Origin: Nocardioidaceae bacterium
GTDB lineage: Bacteria > Actinomycetota > Actinomycetes > Propionibacteriales > Nocardioidaceae
Length of the DNA stretch: 24,000 nt
Assembly (NCBI GenBank): GCA_035456965.1
Contig: DATICF010000004.1
Span: 918-24,917, forward strand
Reading direction: 5' to 3'
The translations under genes and the position numbers were made by a program. Shown here in pieces: positions 23,483 through 24,000 of this stretch. Under the pieces are notes generated by a model. The model ran no database searches. It saw only the letters and a list, made by a program, of their open reading frames with translations, and was not told the origin of the DNA. Within the stretch, counting starts at the first letter, position 1, and each line of letters starts with the position of its first letter.

Positions 23483-23820
23483 GGCGCACGTCACCTTGCG
23501 TCACTTTGTGGTCGTGCGAACGGTCATGGCAGAGGTGGACTGCAGCAAGTTCTCAGAGGAGCGGGACAGCCCCCGGTGTGGGGAGGGAACACTTGCTGCC
23601 GTGGGAGTCCTGACACTCCTCTGCGGCTTCGGCGGATCACCTTCGCCAACAGGCCGAACAGCCAGCCAGAAGCGATCGCGAGGAGAACGAGCTGAGCCGG
23701 CTATCAGCAGCACGCCGGCACGCGGGTATTCGGCGAGAGTGCCGAGCCATGGCCGTCGACCTGGGTGCACTCGCCGGAGGTTGACGGCACCCGTCCCCGG
23801 CCGCCCACGCTAGCGGGCGG

Positions 23821-24000
23821 CTAACTGCCTGAGTCGGCGAAGCGTCTGGCGTCCCGTCGCAGTCGAAGCTTGGTCACTTCCCAGGCTGCAGCGGCGGTCA
23901 AGACGCCGGCGAAGAAGTACCAGTCGACCTGACGAAACAGGCTGACGATGGCGAGCAGCGCGACCGCCAGGACGTAGAGCGCGACGTCGGACGGCCGCAT
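23821..24000 (-). CDS. Small membrane protein (59 aa if ATG 24000..23998 is the true start; may extend beyond the window)
   Basis: The reverse strand reads MRPSDVALYVLAVALLAIVSLFRQVDWYFFAGVLTAAAAWEVTKLRLRRDARRFADSGS then TAG (23823..23821): two hydrophobic helices and a basic tail, with high GC3. Not in the track because it touches the edge. Confidence 0.4.
   Translation of the reverse strand: MRPSDVALYVLAVALLAIVSLFRQVDWYFFAGVLTAAAAWEVTKLRLRRDARRFADSGS

Noticed and set aside
1-24000. Search for CRISPR arrays, tRNA/rRNA genes, transposase/integrase genes, terminal inverted repeats or phage-defence-like gene sets
   Set aside because: I saw no regularly spaced direct repeats, no cloverleaf-like or rRNA-like segments, and no DDE/tyrosine-recombinase-like ORFs. 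The window reads as a chromosomal metabolic operon plus miscellaneous accessory genes. Absence is judged by eye only.

Overview
Visibly high-GC, actinobacterial-type DNA. The + strand from 780 to 15455 is one tightly packed locus for a group 1h (formerly group 5, high-affinity or actinobacterial-type) [NiFe]-hydrogenase. Gene order: hypA, hypB, small subunit, large subunit, a NifU/Rieske-like HhyE-type protein, three translationally coupled conserved ORFs of unknown function, a 39-codon membrane micro-ORF, an in-frame endopeptidase-HypF fusion, hypC, hypD, hypE, a second hypC, and a 272-aa conserved unknown whose C-terminus looks HypC-like. The least understood parts are the unknown ORFs, the micro-ORF, the protease-HypF fusion and the HypC-like domain. 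Left flank: the 5' part of a secreted LVIVD-repeat protein (- strand, runs off the window). Right flank: ordinary accessory genes, namely a membrane acyltransferase-3, a pentapeptide/DinB protein, a truncated YCII-like remnant beside a degraded stretch, a secreted unknown protein, a divergent dienelactone hydrolase/ArsR pair, a GNAT acetyltransferase, a DGPF(YCII)-ECF42-type sigma factor pair, a two-domain VOC/glyoxalase protein, and a small membrane ORF at the window end. I recognised no rRNA, tRNA, CRISPR array, transposase or integrase. Many very long ORFs in the track are antisense or out-of-frame artefacts of the GC content. Several track ORFs are over-extended at the 5' end, so I trimmed them to the start supported by family N-termini, Shine-Dalgarno sequences and stop/start coupling.
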